Shown here piece by piece: positions 51,424 to 62,703 of a DNA stretch of 64,000 nt (position 1 is the first letter of the stretch; every line of letters begins with the position of its first letter). Made by a program: the position numbers and the translations under genes. The notes below the pieces were generated by a model that saw only the letters and a program-made list of their open reading frames with translations, was not told the DNA's origin and made no database searches. The stretch comes from an uncultured Aliarcobacter sp. GTDB taxonomy: Bacteria > Campylobacterota > Campylobacteria > Campylobacterales > Arcobacteraceae. The stretch is taken from NCBI GenBank assembly GCA_963677435.1, contig OY781945.1, positions 2,432,001 to 2,496,000 on the forward strand. The letters run 5' to 3'.

Positions 51424-52579
51424 TCAATATCTTTTTATATAAATTTTTATAATTTTTATAAAAATTTGATATGTCAAAAGTTTTAGATACATAATTAAAT
51501 ACTTGTTCTTCATATATTTTATAATTTTTAGATTCATTTAATGAAATTATCTTATTTGCTAATTCATCAACACTAGACGAAGAAAATATACTATTATCAA
51601 AAGAGTTGTAGTTATCTAATGTTTGTATTCCAACTATTGGTTTTGAAGCCATTCCTGCTTGTAAACCTGCAATACCAGTAGAATTACCAACCATAGCTAC
51701 TATAAATATATCACTTATATTTACTAATTGTTGTGGATTATCAACATAACCTGTAAGTATTACATAATCTGATATACCTAATTCAATGATAGTTTTTTCA
51801 ATTTTATCTCTATCTTCTCCATCTCCACAAATTACAAATTTAAAATCTTTAAACTCTTTATCTATTAATTTTTTTGTTATTTCAAGCATAACATCAATTC
51901 TTTTTTCAAAGAATCTTAGTCTTGAAATTGTCATTAAAGTCATTATTTTTGTTGTGTCATAATTAATATATTTTTCACAAAAATTATTTATTACTAAATC
52001 ATTAATTTTTTCTTTTGAAGGAACACCAAAAGGAATAAAAGAAATATTCTTTGCAAAACTATATTTTTTAATATTATTTATCTCATGTTCTCCAATTTCA
52101 TAAATTATATGATCTACTAAACTCCAACTTATAGGAAAAATAATTTTATTAAATCTCTTTAATAAATGCCAATTTGTATGAAAGGTTTCTACAAATTTAG
52201 TTCTTTTATTTAATAGAAATTTAGAAAATAGTTTAAAAAATGGTAAATAAAAACTAGATATTGTCATATTAATATGTATAATATCAAATTTGTACATTTT
52301 TAAATACATATACAAATAAATAGATATTAGGGGACTAAATACATATAAAATCATTTTAAGTATTTTATTTATTATAGAACTTGAACTTAAAGTATTTTCA
52401 AAGAGACTTTTAATTATTACTTTTTCACTTAATCTTGATACATTATATTTATCTTCTTTATATCTTAAAAATAAAAATAACGTTACTTCATTATCTTTTG
52501 AAAAATTATTGGATAAATTAACCAAAATATCTTCTGCACCACCTTTTCCTAATTGAGGAGAAATATATAAAATTTTCAT
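51413..52579 (-). CDS. Glycosyltransferase (GT-B, family 4-like)
   Basis: GGAE, EKRID, CGDGED, LTGYV. Confidence 0.85.
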   Translation of the reverse strand: MKILYISPQLGKGGAEDILVNLSNNFSKDNEVTLFLFLRYKEDKYNVSRLSEKVIIKSLFENTLSSSSIINKILKMILYVFSPLISIYLYMYLKMYKFDIIHINMTISSFYLPFFKLFSKFLLNKRTKFVETFHTNWHLLKRFNKIIFPISWSLVDHIIYEIGEHEINNIKKYSFAKNISFIPFGVPSKEKINDLVINNFCEKYINYDTTKIMTLMTISRLRFFEKRIDVMLEITKKLIDKEFKDFKFVICGDGEDRDKIEKTIIELGISDYVILTGYVDNPQQLVNISDIFIVAMVGNSTGIAGLQAGMASKPIVGIQTLDNYNSFDNSIFSSSSVDELANKIISLNESKNYKIYEEQVFNYVSKTFDISNFYKNYKNLYKKILNEN

Positions 52580-52588
52580 TTAAATCCT

Positions 52589-53200
52589 TTAATAAATTAA
52601 TTCTTTTATTATTTTACAAGGATTTCCACCTGCAACTACATTTGTTGGTATAGATTTAGTTACTATTGATCCATTTGCAATAACACTATTATCTCCAATA
52701 TATACACCTTTAAGAATTTTTACATTAGAACCTATAAATACATTTTTTCCTATAATAACCTTTGCAGTAGAAGGAGTACCATCAGTTCTTTTTTTAGGAT
52801 TTAAATCATGAAAATCACTATCTGTAACTTCAAAATTTATTCCAATAAGGGTTTTTTCACCTATTTCTATACCTTCTCCATCACTAATAATGATAAAATT
52901 ATTATTAATCCAAACATTATCTTTAATAAGTATTTGAGAATCATTTTTTCTTGCTTCTATGTAACCATAACTAGAATAAAAATATGGACTTGTATTGACT
53001 CCTAAATTAACATTTTTGCCAAAAGTTATTATCCCCATACCAGATAATTGAACTGGTTGATTTATTTTAGCTTTTCCTATTATACGTGAACAATTAGAAA
53101 TAAATTTAAAGAATAATATTCGTGGATATTGAAATAATATATATGCTAGAATATTCTTTAGTTTCCGTTTCATTTTAAAAATTATTTCACTCGAAAGCAT
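52589..53200 (-). CDS. Hexapeptide-repeat O/N-acyltransferase
   Basis: [13 protein letters not shown]...[17 protein letters not shown]. Confidence 0.88.
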   Translation of the reverse strand: MLSSEIIFKMKRKLKNILAYILFQYPRILFFKFISNCSRIIGKAKINQPVQLSGMGIITFGKNVNLGVNTSPYFYSSYGYIEARKNDSQILIKDNVWINNNFIIISDGEGIEIGEKTLIGINFEVTDSDFHDLNPKKRTDGTPSTAKVIIGKNVFIGSNVKILKGVYIGDNSVIANGSIVTKSIPTNVVAGGNPCKIIKELIY

Positions 53201-54287
53201 TTATCAACCTTACTATTTCTCTAGTATTTTTTAAACACTGAACTCCACTAATCGGTAAACTCAAAACTTCATCATGAATTTGTTCACATATTAAATGATT
53301 TTCAGTTTCCCACTCTTTATAAGCATTTTGCTTATATGGTGGAATTGGATAGTGAATCAATGTCTGAATATCATTATCAGCTAAATATCTTTGTAATTCA
53401 TCTCTTTTATTTGTTCTTATCACAAACAGATGCCATACATGATTATCTTCTACCCTTACAGTTGGCAAAATTAATTTATAATTTTTGATATTTTGTAAGT
53501 AATAGTTTGCTATTTCTCTTCTTTTATTTGATTCATCATCTAAATATCTAAGTTTAACTCTAAGTATTGCAGCTTGGATTTCATCAAGTCTACTATTAAT
53601 ACCTTTATATAAATTCTCATATTTTTTATGGCTTCCATAATTAGCTAATGCTCTAATGGCATTTGCTAAATCTTCATCATTAGTAGTCACTGCTCCACCA
53701 TCACCTAAAGCTCCAAGATTTTTACCTGGATAAAAACTAAATCCACTGGCATCTCCAAGATTTCCACTTCTTTTATCTTTATAATATGCGCCATGAGATT
53801 GAGCTGAATCTTCTATAACTTTTAAATTATTTTTTTTTGCAATTTCATTTATTGTATCCATATCACAAGTTTGACCATAAAGGTGAACAGGTAAAATAGC
53901 TTTTGTTTTTGATGTAATTTTTTCTTCAATTTTATTTGGATCAATTAAATATGTATTAATATCAGGTTCAACTAAAACAGGAACTAAATTATTTTGAGAA
54001 ATTGCCAAAATCGAAGCTATATATGTATTTGATGGAACTATTATTTCATCACCATCATTCATAATTCCTAATTCTTTATATGCTCGCAATATTAAGATTA
54101 AAGCATCAAGTCCATTTGCTACGCCAATAGCGTATTTCGTACCACAATATTGTGCAAACTCTTTATCGAACTCTTTGCATTCGTTCCCTTGGATATACCA
54201 ACCACTATCAATTACTTTTGTACAAGCATCTATTAATTCAGCTCTATATTGAGCATTTATACCTTTTAAATCTAAAAATGGAATCAT
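53187..54287 (-). CDS. DegT-family aminotransferase, FdtB/QdtB-like
   Basis: [45 protein letters not shown]. Confidence 0.9.
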   Translation of the reverse strand: MIPFLDLKGINAQYRAELIDACTKVIDSGWYIQGNECKEFDKEFAQYCGTKYAIGVANGLDALILILRAYKELGIMNDGDEIIVPSNTYIASILAISQNNLVPVLVEPDINTYLIDPNKIEEKITSKTKAILPVHLYGQTCDMDTINEIAKKNNLKVIEDSAQSHGAYYKDKRSGNLGDASGFSFYPGKNLGALGDGGAVTTNDEDLANAIRALANYGSHKKYENLYKGINSRLDEIQAAILRVKLRYLDDESNKRREIANYYLQNIKNYKLILPTVRVEDNHVWHLFVIRTNKRDELQRYLADNDIQTLIHYPIPPYKQNAYKEWETENHLICEQIHDEVLSLPISGVQCLKNTREIVRLINAFE

Positions 54288-54290
54288 CTT

Positions 54291-54800
54291 TTATTTACCT
54301 TTACATTCATTACAAATTAATTTATCATCACACTTTTGTCCACACTTACAAACATACCCTTTATGAATTGCAGGATTTCCATACCAAAGTTCTTGTACCC
54401 CTACATTCTTAGTTACAACACTTCCTGCACCTATCATTGCAAATTCTTCTATAATTACACCACCTACAACCGTACTATTCGCACCTATTGAGGCTGATTT
54501 TTTTATAGTAGTTTTTAAAAATGCTTTTGGATATTGTTTACTTCGTGGTAAAAAATCATTTGTAAAAGTTACATTTGGACCAATAAATACATTATCTTCT
54601 AAAGTAATTCCATCCCAAATTTGGACACCACTTTTTACTGTAACATTATCTCCGATAATTACATCATTTTCTATAAGAACTTGAGCATTAATATTACAGT
54701 TATTTCCAATTTTTGCATTTTTTAAGACTATACAAAATTGCCAAATATTTGTATTTTCTCCAATATTTATCGTTTGTACATCTGCTAATTTATGAATCAT
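54291..54800 (-). CDS. N-acetyltransferase (hexapeptide; WxcM/QdtC-like) with C-terminal Cys cluster
   Basis: [33 protein letters not shown]...CNEC. Confidence 0.87.
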   Translation of the reverse strand: MIHKLADVQTINIGENTNIWQFCIVLKNAKIGNNCNINAQVLIENDVIIGDNVTVKSGVQIWDGITLEDNVFIGPNVTFTNDFLPRSKQYPKAFLKTTIKKSASIGANSTVVGGVIIEEFAMIGAGSVVTKNVGVQELWYGNPAIHKGYVCKCGQKCDDKLICNECKGK

Positions 54801-55195
54801 TAGTTAACTACTTCTACAAATTTATCATAATCAGTTATATAATCATTTGCATCATAATATTCATCTGCTAAAACCATAAGTACACAATCATTACTAAAAT
54901 CATGCATACTTCCCCAAATAAGCGCATCTTGAAAAAGTCCTAAATTTGGTTTATTTAAATCAAATGTTTCTTTAATTTTTCCATTATCTAGAGTAACTTT
55001 ACAGCTACCATTTACCGCTACTAGAAACTGTTTAGTTTTATAATGAGAGTGATTTCCTCTTGGAACTTCTTCTTTTGTACTATAGATATAGAAAACTCTT
55101 TTAACATCAAAAGGTATTTGCTTATTTGCTTCAAGGGCTACTAATTGACCTCGATGATCTCCTAGTACATTAAATTCTTGTAAATTTGTTATCAT
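54800..55195 (-). CDS. dTDP-4-keto-6-deoxyglucose 3,4-ketoisomerase (FdtA/QdtA cupin)
   Basis: [29 protein letters not shown]. Confidence 0.9.
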   Translation of the reverse strand: MITNLQEFNVLGDHRGQLVALEANKQIPFDVKRVFYIYSTKEEVPRGNHSHYKTKQFLVAVNGSCKVTLDNGKIKETFDLNKPNLGLFQDALIWGSMHDFSNDCVLMVLADEYYDANDYITDYDKFVEVVN

Positions 55196-56631
55196 TTTAT
55201 TTTTTCTTTCCTTATATTATAAAATAGTATTATCAAACAAATAATCATACTTGTAAAATAAACTCCAAGATTTATATTATTTTTATTAAAATAAAATACC
55301 ATATAAACAACTATCATTGATATTAGTAACATTAAAATTGATTTAATATTTAAATTAAGTACAAAATACTTATGAGCAACAGTTAATATAATAACTAAAT
55401 AAATCACTTGTGTAACAACATAAGCATAACCTATTCCTATTAGCGAATATTCTGATAAATTAAAATAAACTAAAGTTAAAAAAGAAATATCCCAAAATAA
55501 TGAAAGAAGTACAAATGCAAACATTCGGTTATATGCTAAAAATAACATTCCTAATATCCAAGAAAAAACTTTAAAAAAATCACCCATCAATAAAATATTT
55601 AACAAATCACCAGAAATGTAAAATTCTTCAGAATAAAAAATATAAATAAATTGATTTTTGAATGTTATCATTGTTATAAGTATTGGCAAAAATAAGCTAA
55701 ATGTCATTGATATAACATGGTTAAAAAAATAATCTCTCTCTTTCAAATCCTTAATTGCAGATAATTTTGGTAAAACATAAGTTCCAAAAGAGGACAAGAG
55801 AAAAACAATATATATTGTACCAAGTGTCCACGCAGCATCAAAAATACCTAATTGAGTTAAACCTAACTTTTTTTCAATAAAAAATCTAAGATATAAGATA
55901 GTTATTATTCCAGCTATTCCTGTAATTAAGCTACCAAAAGAAAACCCTACAAAGTGATTAATATTAGCTTTTTGTAAAGGTTCAAATAAACTACTATACC
56001 ATTCAACTTTTATATTATTTTTTTTAATAAAATAAAAATTTATCAAAAACCATGAAAAATTAATTATTACTAGTATTGAAGCATACATATAATTTGTTGG
56101 AAAAAAATACAAAATAGGCAAACTAAATAATGAACCTACAAATGCAGAAAATATTTGAGACAATGCCATTTGACCTAATTTTCTATTTGCATTTAAAACT
56201 GAATTATAAATAATATTTATAGAACCAAATATAGCAGAAATCATAATAATCAATAAAGTAATACCATCAACTTCTAAAATTGTAGTAAAAAAATACTCCT
56301 TAATTACAGTTATTAGACACATATATAAAATAACCATAACTATTGTATTAATAATAACTATTTTGATAGCATTATTAATGTAACAATGTTTATCTTCTAT
56401 TGAATTATTAGATAATCCTTGAACAATTGCAATATTACTACTTATAGAAAATAAAAGAACTAACATTTTTGAAAAATCTCTTAGGAGTGAAAATACTCCT
56501 ATTCCTTGTGGGCCAGAGATTATTGCTATAAATTTAATCAAAACAGAACTTAATAACATTGTTATGATTGAACCAGTTGCAGTTTTTGAAAAAGCCTTAA
56601 AGAAACTATTCATAATCTTTTGAATTTCCAA
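55192..56631 (-). CDS. wzx: Wzx O-unit flippase
   Basis: About 12 TM segments, GPQGIG, YVLPKLS, GDFFKV. Confidence 0.82.
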   Translation of the reverse strand: MEIQKIMNSFFKAFSKTATGSIITMLLSSVLIKFIAIISGPQGIGVFSLLRDFSKMLVLLFSISSNIAIVQGLSNNSIEDKHCYINNAIKIVIINTIVMVILYMCLITVIKEYFFTTILEVDGITLLIIMISAIFGSINIIYNSVLNANRKLGQMALSQIFSAFVGSLFSLPILYFFPTNYMYASILVIINFSWFLINFYFIKKNNIKVEWYSSLFEPLQKANINHFVGFSFGSLITGIAGIITILYLRFFIEKKLGLTQLGIFDAAWTLGTIYIVFLLSSFGTYVLPKLSAIKDLKERDYFFNHVISMTFSLFLPILITMITFKNQFIYIFYSEEFYISGDLLNILLMGDFFKVFSWILGMLFLAYNRMFAFVLLSLFWDISFLTLVYFNLSEYSLIGIGYAYVVTQVIYLVIILTVAHKYFVLNLNIKSILMLLISMIVVYMVFYFNKNNINLGVYFTSMIICLIILFYNIRKEKIK

Positions 56632-57593
56632 TATAATTTATTAATAAAATCAATTTTATAAACTTTATAAATTACTTTATGGCAAAAATTAGGTAAAAGC
56701 AATAAAGGTAACTGAAAAATCCAAAATTTTGGATTATCTCCAAAATTAGTAATTAATTTTTTTAATATTTCAATATTTAATTTAAATCCTAGTCGTTTAG
56801 CTGATGAAATTTTTCTACTTAAAATTAAATTTATTTTATTCTTTGAAAATTTAATATTTTCTTTTGAGTAATATTTTAAAGGAAAATTTGACACTATTTC
56901 CATCAAATTACACAAAATAGAAATAGATCTACCATTACTATTTCCTTCTCCTTCAAATGATTCTCCAGCATTAACGACAAATGGTTTTGATACACAAAAT
57001 GCATTATAATCTACTAAATAATCATATAAAGATGCAAATTGAACCCAATTTGAATCAAAGTACTTTTGATAATTTGAGTTTAGAAAACCCTCTTTATTAT
57101 GTATTACTGAAGATAAAAAGTTAGTTGAGATTCCTGCTGTTTCTAAAAAAAGATTTGCATTTTTACAATAAATATCACTTTCAATATCAAGCCATTTTTC
57201 TTTTAAAAAGATTTTTTTTCTTGTATCAAATAAACTGAAATTTACAAAAACTGCACCCAAGTTCTGATAAGAAGATAATATATTTAAAATATAAGATATT
57301 GCACCATTCTCTAAATAATCATCATCTCCTATAACCCAAACATATTTACCTTTTGCTCTTTCAATAGATAAGGCAATATTTCTATCTGCACCAACATTCT
57401 TTTCATTGCAAAAATAAGAAATATTTGGATATTCTTTAACTATAAGTTCAATATCGTCTGTAGATTTATTATTTGAAACTAAAATTTCAATTCTATTGTC
57501 ATACTGCTTTAAAATACTATCAATAAGTCTTTTTATTGTAGATCCACCATTATAAGTGGGAATAGATATTGTTAATATAATTTCATTTGTCAT
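56610..57593 (-). CDS. Glycosyltransferase family 2 (RfbV/abequosyltransferase-like)
   Basis: LTISIPTYN, NVGADRN, WVIGDDD; immediately downstream of ddhC. Confidence 0.85.
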   Translation of the reverse strand: MTNEIILTISIPTYNGGSTIKRLIDSILKQYDNRIEILVSNNKSTDDIELIVKEYPNISYFCNEKNVGADRNIALSIERAKGKYVWVIGDDDYLENGAISYILNILSSYQNLGAVFVNFSLFDTRKKIFLKEKWLDIESDIYCKNANLFLETAGISTNFLSSVIHNKEGFLNSNYQKYFDSNWVQFASLYDYLVDYNAFCVSKPFVVNAGESFEGEGNSNGRSISILCNLMEIVSNFPLKYYSKENIKFSKNKINLILSRKISSAKRLGFKLNIEILKKLITNFGDNPKFWIFQLPLLLLPNFCHKVIYKVYKIDFINKLYWKFKRL

Positions 57594-58933
57594 TTACTTA
57601 CAAAATCTCTAATTTTTTTAATCATATAATTAATAGCGTCATCACCCATTCCAGGATATAAACCTATCCAAAAACTATCATTCATGATTTTATCTGTTAT
57701 TTTTAAATCACCTACTATTCTATAATCCTGACTTAAAATCATACTATCAAACATAGGATGTCTCGTCATATTTCCTGCAAAAAGATTTCTTGTTTGTATT
57801 TTATTTGCTTCAAGAAACTCTACAAGCTCATTTCTTGTAAAATTAACTCCATCTTTTAGAGTCATCATAAATCCAAACCAACTTGGGTCAGAATTTGGTT
57901 GAGTTTCTACTAAATGAAGTTGTTCTAAATCTTTTAAACCATCATATAATTTCTTTTGATTCTCTTTTCTTTTCTCAACAAATGTTGGAAATTTTTCAAG
58001 TTGTGCACACCCAATTGCAGCTTGCATATCTGAAACTTTTAAATTAAATCCAAAATGAGAATAAACATATTTATGGTCATACCCCTTTGGTAATGTTCCA
58101 AAACTTTGTGAAAATCTACATCCACAAGTATTATCTACACCACTTTCACACCAACAATCTCTTCCCCAATCTCTCATCGAAAGCATAATCTTTTTAAGAA
58201 GTAAATTATCTGTATAAGTAGCTCCTCCTTCTCCCATAGTCATATGGTGTGGTGGATAAAAACTTGAGGTACCAATATCTCCCCAAGTACCAGTTGGTTT
58301 TCCTTCATAAGTAGAACCTAACGCATCACAGTTATCTTCAATAAGCCAAAGATTATGCTTATCACAAAACTCTTTTACAGCTCTTAAATTAAATGGATTA
58401 CCTAAACTATGAGCTATCATTACAGCTTTTGTTTTAGGACTAAGTGCAAGTTCAAGTTGAGTAACATCTACATTTGCATATGTTAAATCCATATCTACAA
58501 ATACAGGAACTGCACCATATTGAACTATTGGAGCTACTGTTGTAGGAAATCCAGCAGCAACAGTGATAACTTCATCTCCTCTTTTTACTTGTCTTTCTTT
58601 CAAAAGTGGAGAAGTTAAAGCATAAAAAGCAAGAAGATTTGCGCTACTTCCAGAATTCACTAAAAATGCCCATCTAACACCAAGATATTTTGATAATTGT
58701 TTTTCAAACTTTTTAGAATAATCTCCATAAGTTAACCAAAAATCAAGTGAACTATCTACAAGATATTGCATCTCAATTTCGTCAAATACTCGTCCTGCAT
58801 AATTAACTCTAGTTTCTCCATCTATAAACTTTTTTTCTTGAACTGGTTTATGAACTAATTCATAATACTCTTTTGTTTTATTTAATATCTCTTGTTTTAA
58901 TTGTTCTGCTTGTGTCACTATTTTCCTTTCCAC
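57590..58933 (-). CDS. rfbH: CDP-4-keto-6-deoxyglucose 3-dehydrase (E1, DdhC)
   Basis: VNSGSSANL, EDNCDALG, SFYPPHHMTMGEGG (His where aminotransferases have Lys), RDWGRDCWC..G.DNTC, YDHKY. Confidence 0.95.
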   Translation of the reverse strand: MERKIVTQAEQLKQEILNKTKEYYELVHKPVQEKKFIDGETRVNYAGRVFDEIEMQYLVDSSLDFWLTYGDYSKKFEKQLSKYLGVRWAFLVNSGSSANLLAFYALTSPLLKERQVKRGDEVITVAAGFPTTVAPIVQYGAVPVFVDMDLTYANVDVTQLELALSPKTKAVMIAHSLGNPFNLRAVKEFCDKHNLWLIEDNCDALGSTYEGKPTGTWGDIGTSSFYPPHHMTMGEGGATYTDNLLLKKIMLSMRDWGRDCWCESGVDNTCGCRFSQSFGTLPKGYDHKYVYSHFGFNLKVSDMQAAIGCAQLEKFPTFVEKRKENQKKLYDGLKDLEQLHLVETQPNSDPSWFGFMMTLKDGVNFTRNELVEFLEANKIQTRNLFAGNMTRHPMFDSMILSQDYRIVGDLKITDKIMNDSFWIGLYPGMGDDAINYMIKKIRDFVSK

Positions 58934-59841
58934 ATATTATTAATTTTTTTTAAATAAGGGTCATTTATAACAGACTCTTTATCTAAATTTTCAAAATTGT
59001 TTTTAAAATATTCTCTCATTTTTGAAATAGCATTTTTATGAGTTGTAAACTCAAAGTTTCCTATTTCACTTAAAACTCTTTGATTATTTGATGTATATTC
59101 ATTATTTAATCCATCATTTAATACTCTCATTTCTGATTTAAAATCACTTATTTCATTTACTAAATTTGCTAAGCTTATTAAATCTATTTTTGTTCCCGTT
59201 GTAACATTATAAATTTTTTCTTTTGTTTCATTATGTATTGTCCAATCTATCATTTTTACTAAATCATCAATATAAATATAATCAAAATAAACATTTTTAT
59301 TAATGATAATAGGAAGATGTAGAAGATTCTTAACAATTGCATTTGATATAAATTTAAATCTATAATTCTCATATTCTCCATAAGCACCAAAAATTCTTAA
59401 TTGAATAATATTTTCAGCTTTTTCTATAAACCTTGATGTAATAGATTTATAAAATCCATATTCATCTAGAGGTTGAATTTGTAAATAATCATCTTCTTTA
59501 GCATTAACAATTGGTTTATGTTTACCATATTCTGCACCACTTCCAAATGATATTATTTTTTTTACCTTTTTTTCATTTTTAGTAATATTGAAAAAAATTC
59601 TAAGATTATACTCTGTGACATTTTTCATATCCAATGTTACTCTATCTCCACCTTTATTGGCTAGGTGAATAATAATATCTATTTTATTTAACAAAATGTA
59701 ATCATCAACCGCTATCTCATTTGCTAAATCAAGTTCTTTACTTGATGGAGTAAATAAAGTATATTTAGAATAAGAATTATTTAAATACTCTTTTAGATGT
59801 GAGCCTACAAATCCATTTGCTCCAGTAATAAATATGTTCAT
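58918..59841 (-). CDS. NAD(P)-dependent SDR sugar reductase/epimerase (YerF candidate)
   Basis: ITGANGFVG, FGSGAEY, YGFYK (YxxxK); between the ThDP enzyme and ddhC. Confidence 0.8.
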   Translation of the reverse strand: MNIFITGANGFVGSHLKEYLNNSYSKYTLFTPSSKELDLANEIAVDDYILLNKIDIIIHLANKGGDRVTLDMKNVTEYNLRIFFNITKNEKKVKKIISFGSGAEYGKHKPIVNAKEDDYLQIQPLDEYGFYKSITSRFIEKAENIIQLRIFGAYGEYENYRFKFISNAIVKNLLHLPIIINKNVYFDYIYIDDLVKMIDWTIHNETKEKIYNVTTGTKIDLISLANLVNEISDFKSEMRVLNDGLNNEYTSNNQRVLSEIGNFEFTTHKNAISKMREYFKNNFENLDKESVINDPYLKKINNMWKGK

Positions 59842-59845
59842 AAAT

Positions 59846-61603
59846 TTAATTTTCCAAAGGCTTAATAATCATTAAAGATTTTAATTCTTCTTTTGAAATA
59901 AAAGGATGCATATCTTCGATTGGTTTATTAACAATTAATTTTGGCTCAACTGTTGTCAGTTGAATTGGTAGTTCAATATTAATTAATTCTGGTTCATTAT
60001 TTGAAAATATATCTTTTAATTCAAGTTCTAAACTACTAATATCTGCTATTTTTCTAGACTTTATACCATAAGCTTTAGCAATATCAACTAAATTAGGAAC
60101 ACTATAATCATCAATAGTTCCTAAATATTTTTTATCAAAATATAATTCTTGGAATTGTCTTACCATACCTAAATTTTTATTATTTAATACAAATATTTTT
60201 ATAGGTAGTTGTCTTCTTTTTATTACTTCTAATTCTTGAATATTCATTTGAATACCACCATCTCCGGCAATAACAACTGTTCTTTTTTTAGAGCCAATAC
60301 ATGCTCCAATAGCAGAGGGAAGAGCAAAACCCATTGCACCCATTCCACCCGAAAAAAGTACTCTTTGTGATTCTTTTACAATTAAAGATTGAGCAGTCCA
60401 CATTTGATGTTGACCAACATCAACACATATATCCTCATCTTGTAAATATTTTGAAATTGTTAAAACTACATAATTAGGTATTTTTAAATTATTATCTATG
60501 CCTATAGTTGAAGAAAATTTATGTTTATAGGTTTCTAATTTTTCCAACCAAATATTAGTATCAATTTTTATTTCATAACAATTCAACATATCAATAAAGT
60601 CTTTAACATCACTATTTATTTCAATATCAATTTTTATTTTAGACCCTAATTCATTTTTATCTATATCCACCTGAATTAGTTTTGCTTCTCTTGCAAATGT
60701 ATCTAAACTTGTCCCTGTTTGTCGAGTATCTAATCGTGAACCTAAAACAATAATTAAATCGCTATTTGCTAATGCTAAATTCCCATATCTATTTCCATAT
60801 GAACCTATTAATCCAAAATTATAAGAATAATCTTCACTTATTCCATCTTTACCCATAAGAGAATAAACAACTGGAATATTATATTTTTCAACAAATTTTA
60901 AAAGTTTTTCACCTGCATTAGATAATCTTACTCCTCCACCTACTAAGATAATAGGACGTTTAGAACTGTTTAATAAATTTACAGTTTTCTGGATACAATT
61001 TTCTTCTATTTTGTTAGATTTAAAATTAAAATACTCATCATTAAAAAAAGATTTTAAAGAACTAATATCAATTTCAGCTCTTTGAATATCCATTGGTATA
61101 TCAACAAGAACTGGGCCTTTTCTTCCCTCTTGTGACAAATAATAAGCTTTTTCAAGTTCATATCTTATATTTTCAACTTTATCAATCATAACTGCATATT
61201 TAACTATTGGTTTAATAATACTTACAATATCTGTTTCTTGAAATCCTATTTGTCTTACCAATTTATCATATTTATATTCATATGTATTAACTTGACCTGT
61301 AATAAATAATGTTGGTACAGAATCAAAAAAGCAACTTCCTATTGGTGTTATTAAATTTGTAGCACCAGGACCACTTGTTGCAAATGCAACTCCTGATTTG
61401 CCAGTAACTCTTGCATATCCTTCGCAAGCAAATCCAGCTCCTTGTTCATGAATACAATTTATCATTTCCATTTCATTATATTTATCAATAGAATGGTATA
61501 TATGGGCAACGGCTCCACCTATATATCCAAATACTTTATTAATATTCTTTTCTAATAGAAATTCTATTACATAATCTGAAATTTTTATTTTCATAATGCC
61601 CAC
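59846..61603 (-). CDS. ThDP-dependent carboligase, acetolactate synthase-like (YerE candidate)
   Basis: HEQGA, TSGPGATN, DVGQHQMW, GDGG...NN ThDP motif; embedded among CDP-sugar genes. Confidence 0.85.
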   Translation of the reverse strand: MGIMKIKISDYVIEFLLEKNINKVFGYIGGAVAHIYHSIDKYNEMEMINCIHEQGAGFACEGYARVTGKSGVAFATSGPGATNLITPIGSCFFDSVPTLFITGQVNTYEYKYDKLVRQIGFQETDIVSIIKPIVKYAVMIDKVENIRYELEKAYYLSQEGRKGPVLVDIPMDIQRAEIDISSLKSFFNDEYFNFKSNKIEENCIQKTVNLLNSSKRPIILVGGGVRLSNAGEKLLKFVEKYNIPVVYSLMGKDGISEDYSYNFGLIGSYGNRYGNLALANSDLIIVLGSRLDTRQTGTSLDTFAREAKLIQVDIDKNELGSKIKIDIEINSDVKDFIDMLNCYEIKIDTNIWLEKLETYKHKFSSTIGIDNNLKIPNYVVLTISKYLQDEDICVDVGQHQMWTAQSLIVKESQRVLFSGGMGAMGFALPSAIGACIGSKKRTVVIAGDGGIQMNIQELEVIKRRQLPIKIFVLNNKNLGMVRQFQELYFDKKYLGTIDDYSVPNLVDIAKAYGIKSRKIADISSLELELKDIFSNNEPELINIELPIQLTTVEPKLIVNKPIEDMHPFISKEELKSLMIIKPLEN

Positions 61604-62703
61604 TCAATATTCTTACTTTTTGCATCTAGAATATAATCTTCTAAATTTTTTTTAGTGAAAATATTTTTATTTTCTTCGTAATAAGACTTATACCATTTAA
61701 CAGTTTTCTCAAAAGTAATTTTACTATCCCAAACATCTTTCCATTTAAGTAATATGTGAGCTTTGGAACAATCTAGCTTAAGCAAATTTGCTTCATGAAG
61801 TTGATTTGGATCTCTATTTATATCATAATCAATTTTATCCCAATGTTTTTTCACATTTTGAACAACTTCTTCTACAGTTATACTTCCCTCATCACTTGGT
61901 CCAAAATTCCATGCTTCAGCAAATTCTACTTTTTCTTCTAAAAGTTTTTGTCCAACTTGTAAATAACCACTCAAAGGCTCTAATACATGTTGCCAAGGTC
62001 TTGTTGCTTTTGGATTTCTTATACTTACTTTTTTACCTTGTGAAACAGAAAGCATAATATCAGTAATAAGTCTATCTTTTGCCCAATCACCTCCACCTAT
62101 AACATTACCCGCTCGACAAGATGCTAATAAGGTATTATGAGATTTTTTATATTCATTAATATTAAAATAAGAATTTCTATAAGAATTTGCTAAAATATCA
62201 GCGCAACCTTTCGATGAACTATATGGATCATATCCACCCATTGGATCATTTTCTCTATATCCCCAAATCCACTCTTTGTTTTCATAAGCTTTATCACTTG
62301 TAATGTTTACAATAGCTTTTACATTTGATATACGACAAGCTTCAAAAACTTTTAAAGTACCCATAACATTAGTATCATAAGTTTCTATTGGATTTTCATA
62401 TGATAATCTAACTAATGGCTGAGCAGCAAGATGAAAAACAATATCAGGTTTAAATTCATTAAAAATTTGATTTAGCTTATCTAAATCTCTTATATCACCA
62501 ATAATAGAGATAATATCAAGATTTAAAAGTTCTATATGATTTGGATTAGTTGGTGCTTCAAGTGAATAGCCAATAACTCTAGCGCCCATTTGATTTAGCC
62601 AATATACAAGCCAAGAACCTTTAAAACCAGTATGACCCGTAACTAAAACAGTTTTATTTTTATATACTCTTGAAAATAGATTTTGCATTACCATATTTTC
62701 CAT
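61591..62703 (-). CDS. rfbG: CDP-glucose 4,6-dehydratase (DdhB)
   Basis: VTGHTGFKGSWL, HLAAQPLVR, YSSSK, RAGNVIGGGDW, RPWQHVLEPL. Confidence 0.96.
   Translation of the reverse strand: MENMVMQNLFSRVYKNKTVLVTGHTGFKGSWLVYWLNQMGARVIGYSLEAPTNPNHIELLNLDIISIIGDIRDLDKLNQIFNEFKPDIVFHLAAQPLVRLSYENPIETYDTNVMGTLKVFEACRISNVKAIVNITSDKAYENKEWIWGYRENDPMGGYDPYSSSKGCADILANSYRNSYFNINEYKKSHNTLLASCRAGNVIGGGDWAKDRLITDIMLSVSQGKKVSIRNPKATRPWQHVLEPLSGYLQVGQKLLEEKVEFAEAWNFGPSDEGSITVEEVVQNVKKHWDKIDYDINRDPNQLHEANLLKLDCSKAHILLKWKDVWDSKITFEKTVKWYKSYYEENKNIFTKKNLEDYILDAKSKNIEWAL

Noticed and set aside
59846..61603. ThDP enzyme as housekeeping acetolactate synthase (ilvB/ilvI)
   Set aside because: Translationally coupled within CDP-sugar genes, with no regulatory subunit or ilv genes nearby; a YerE-like role fits better
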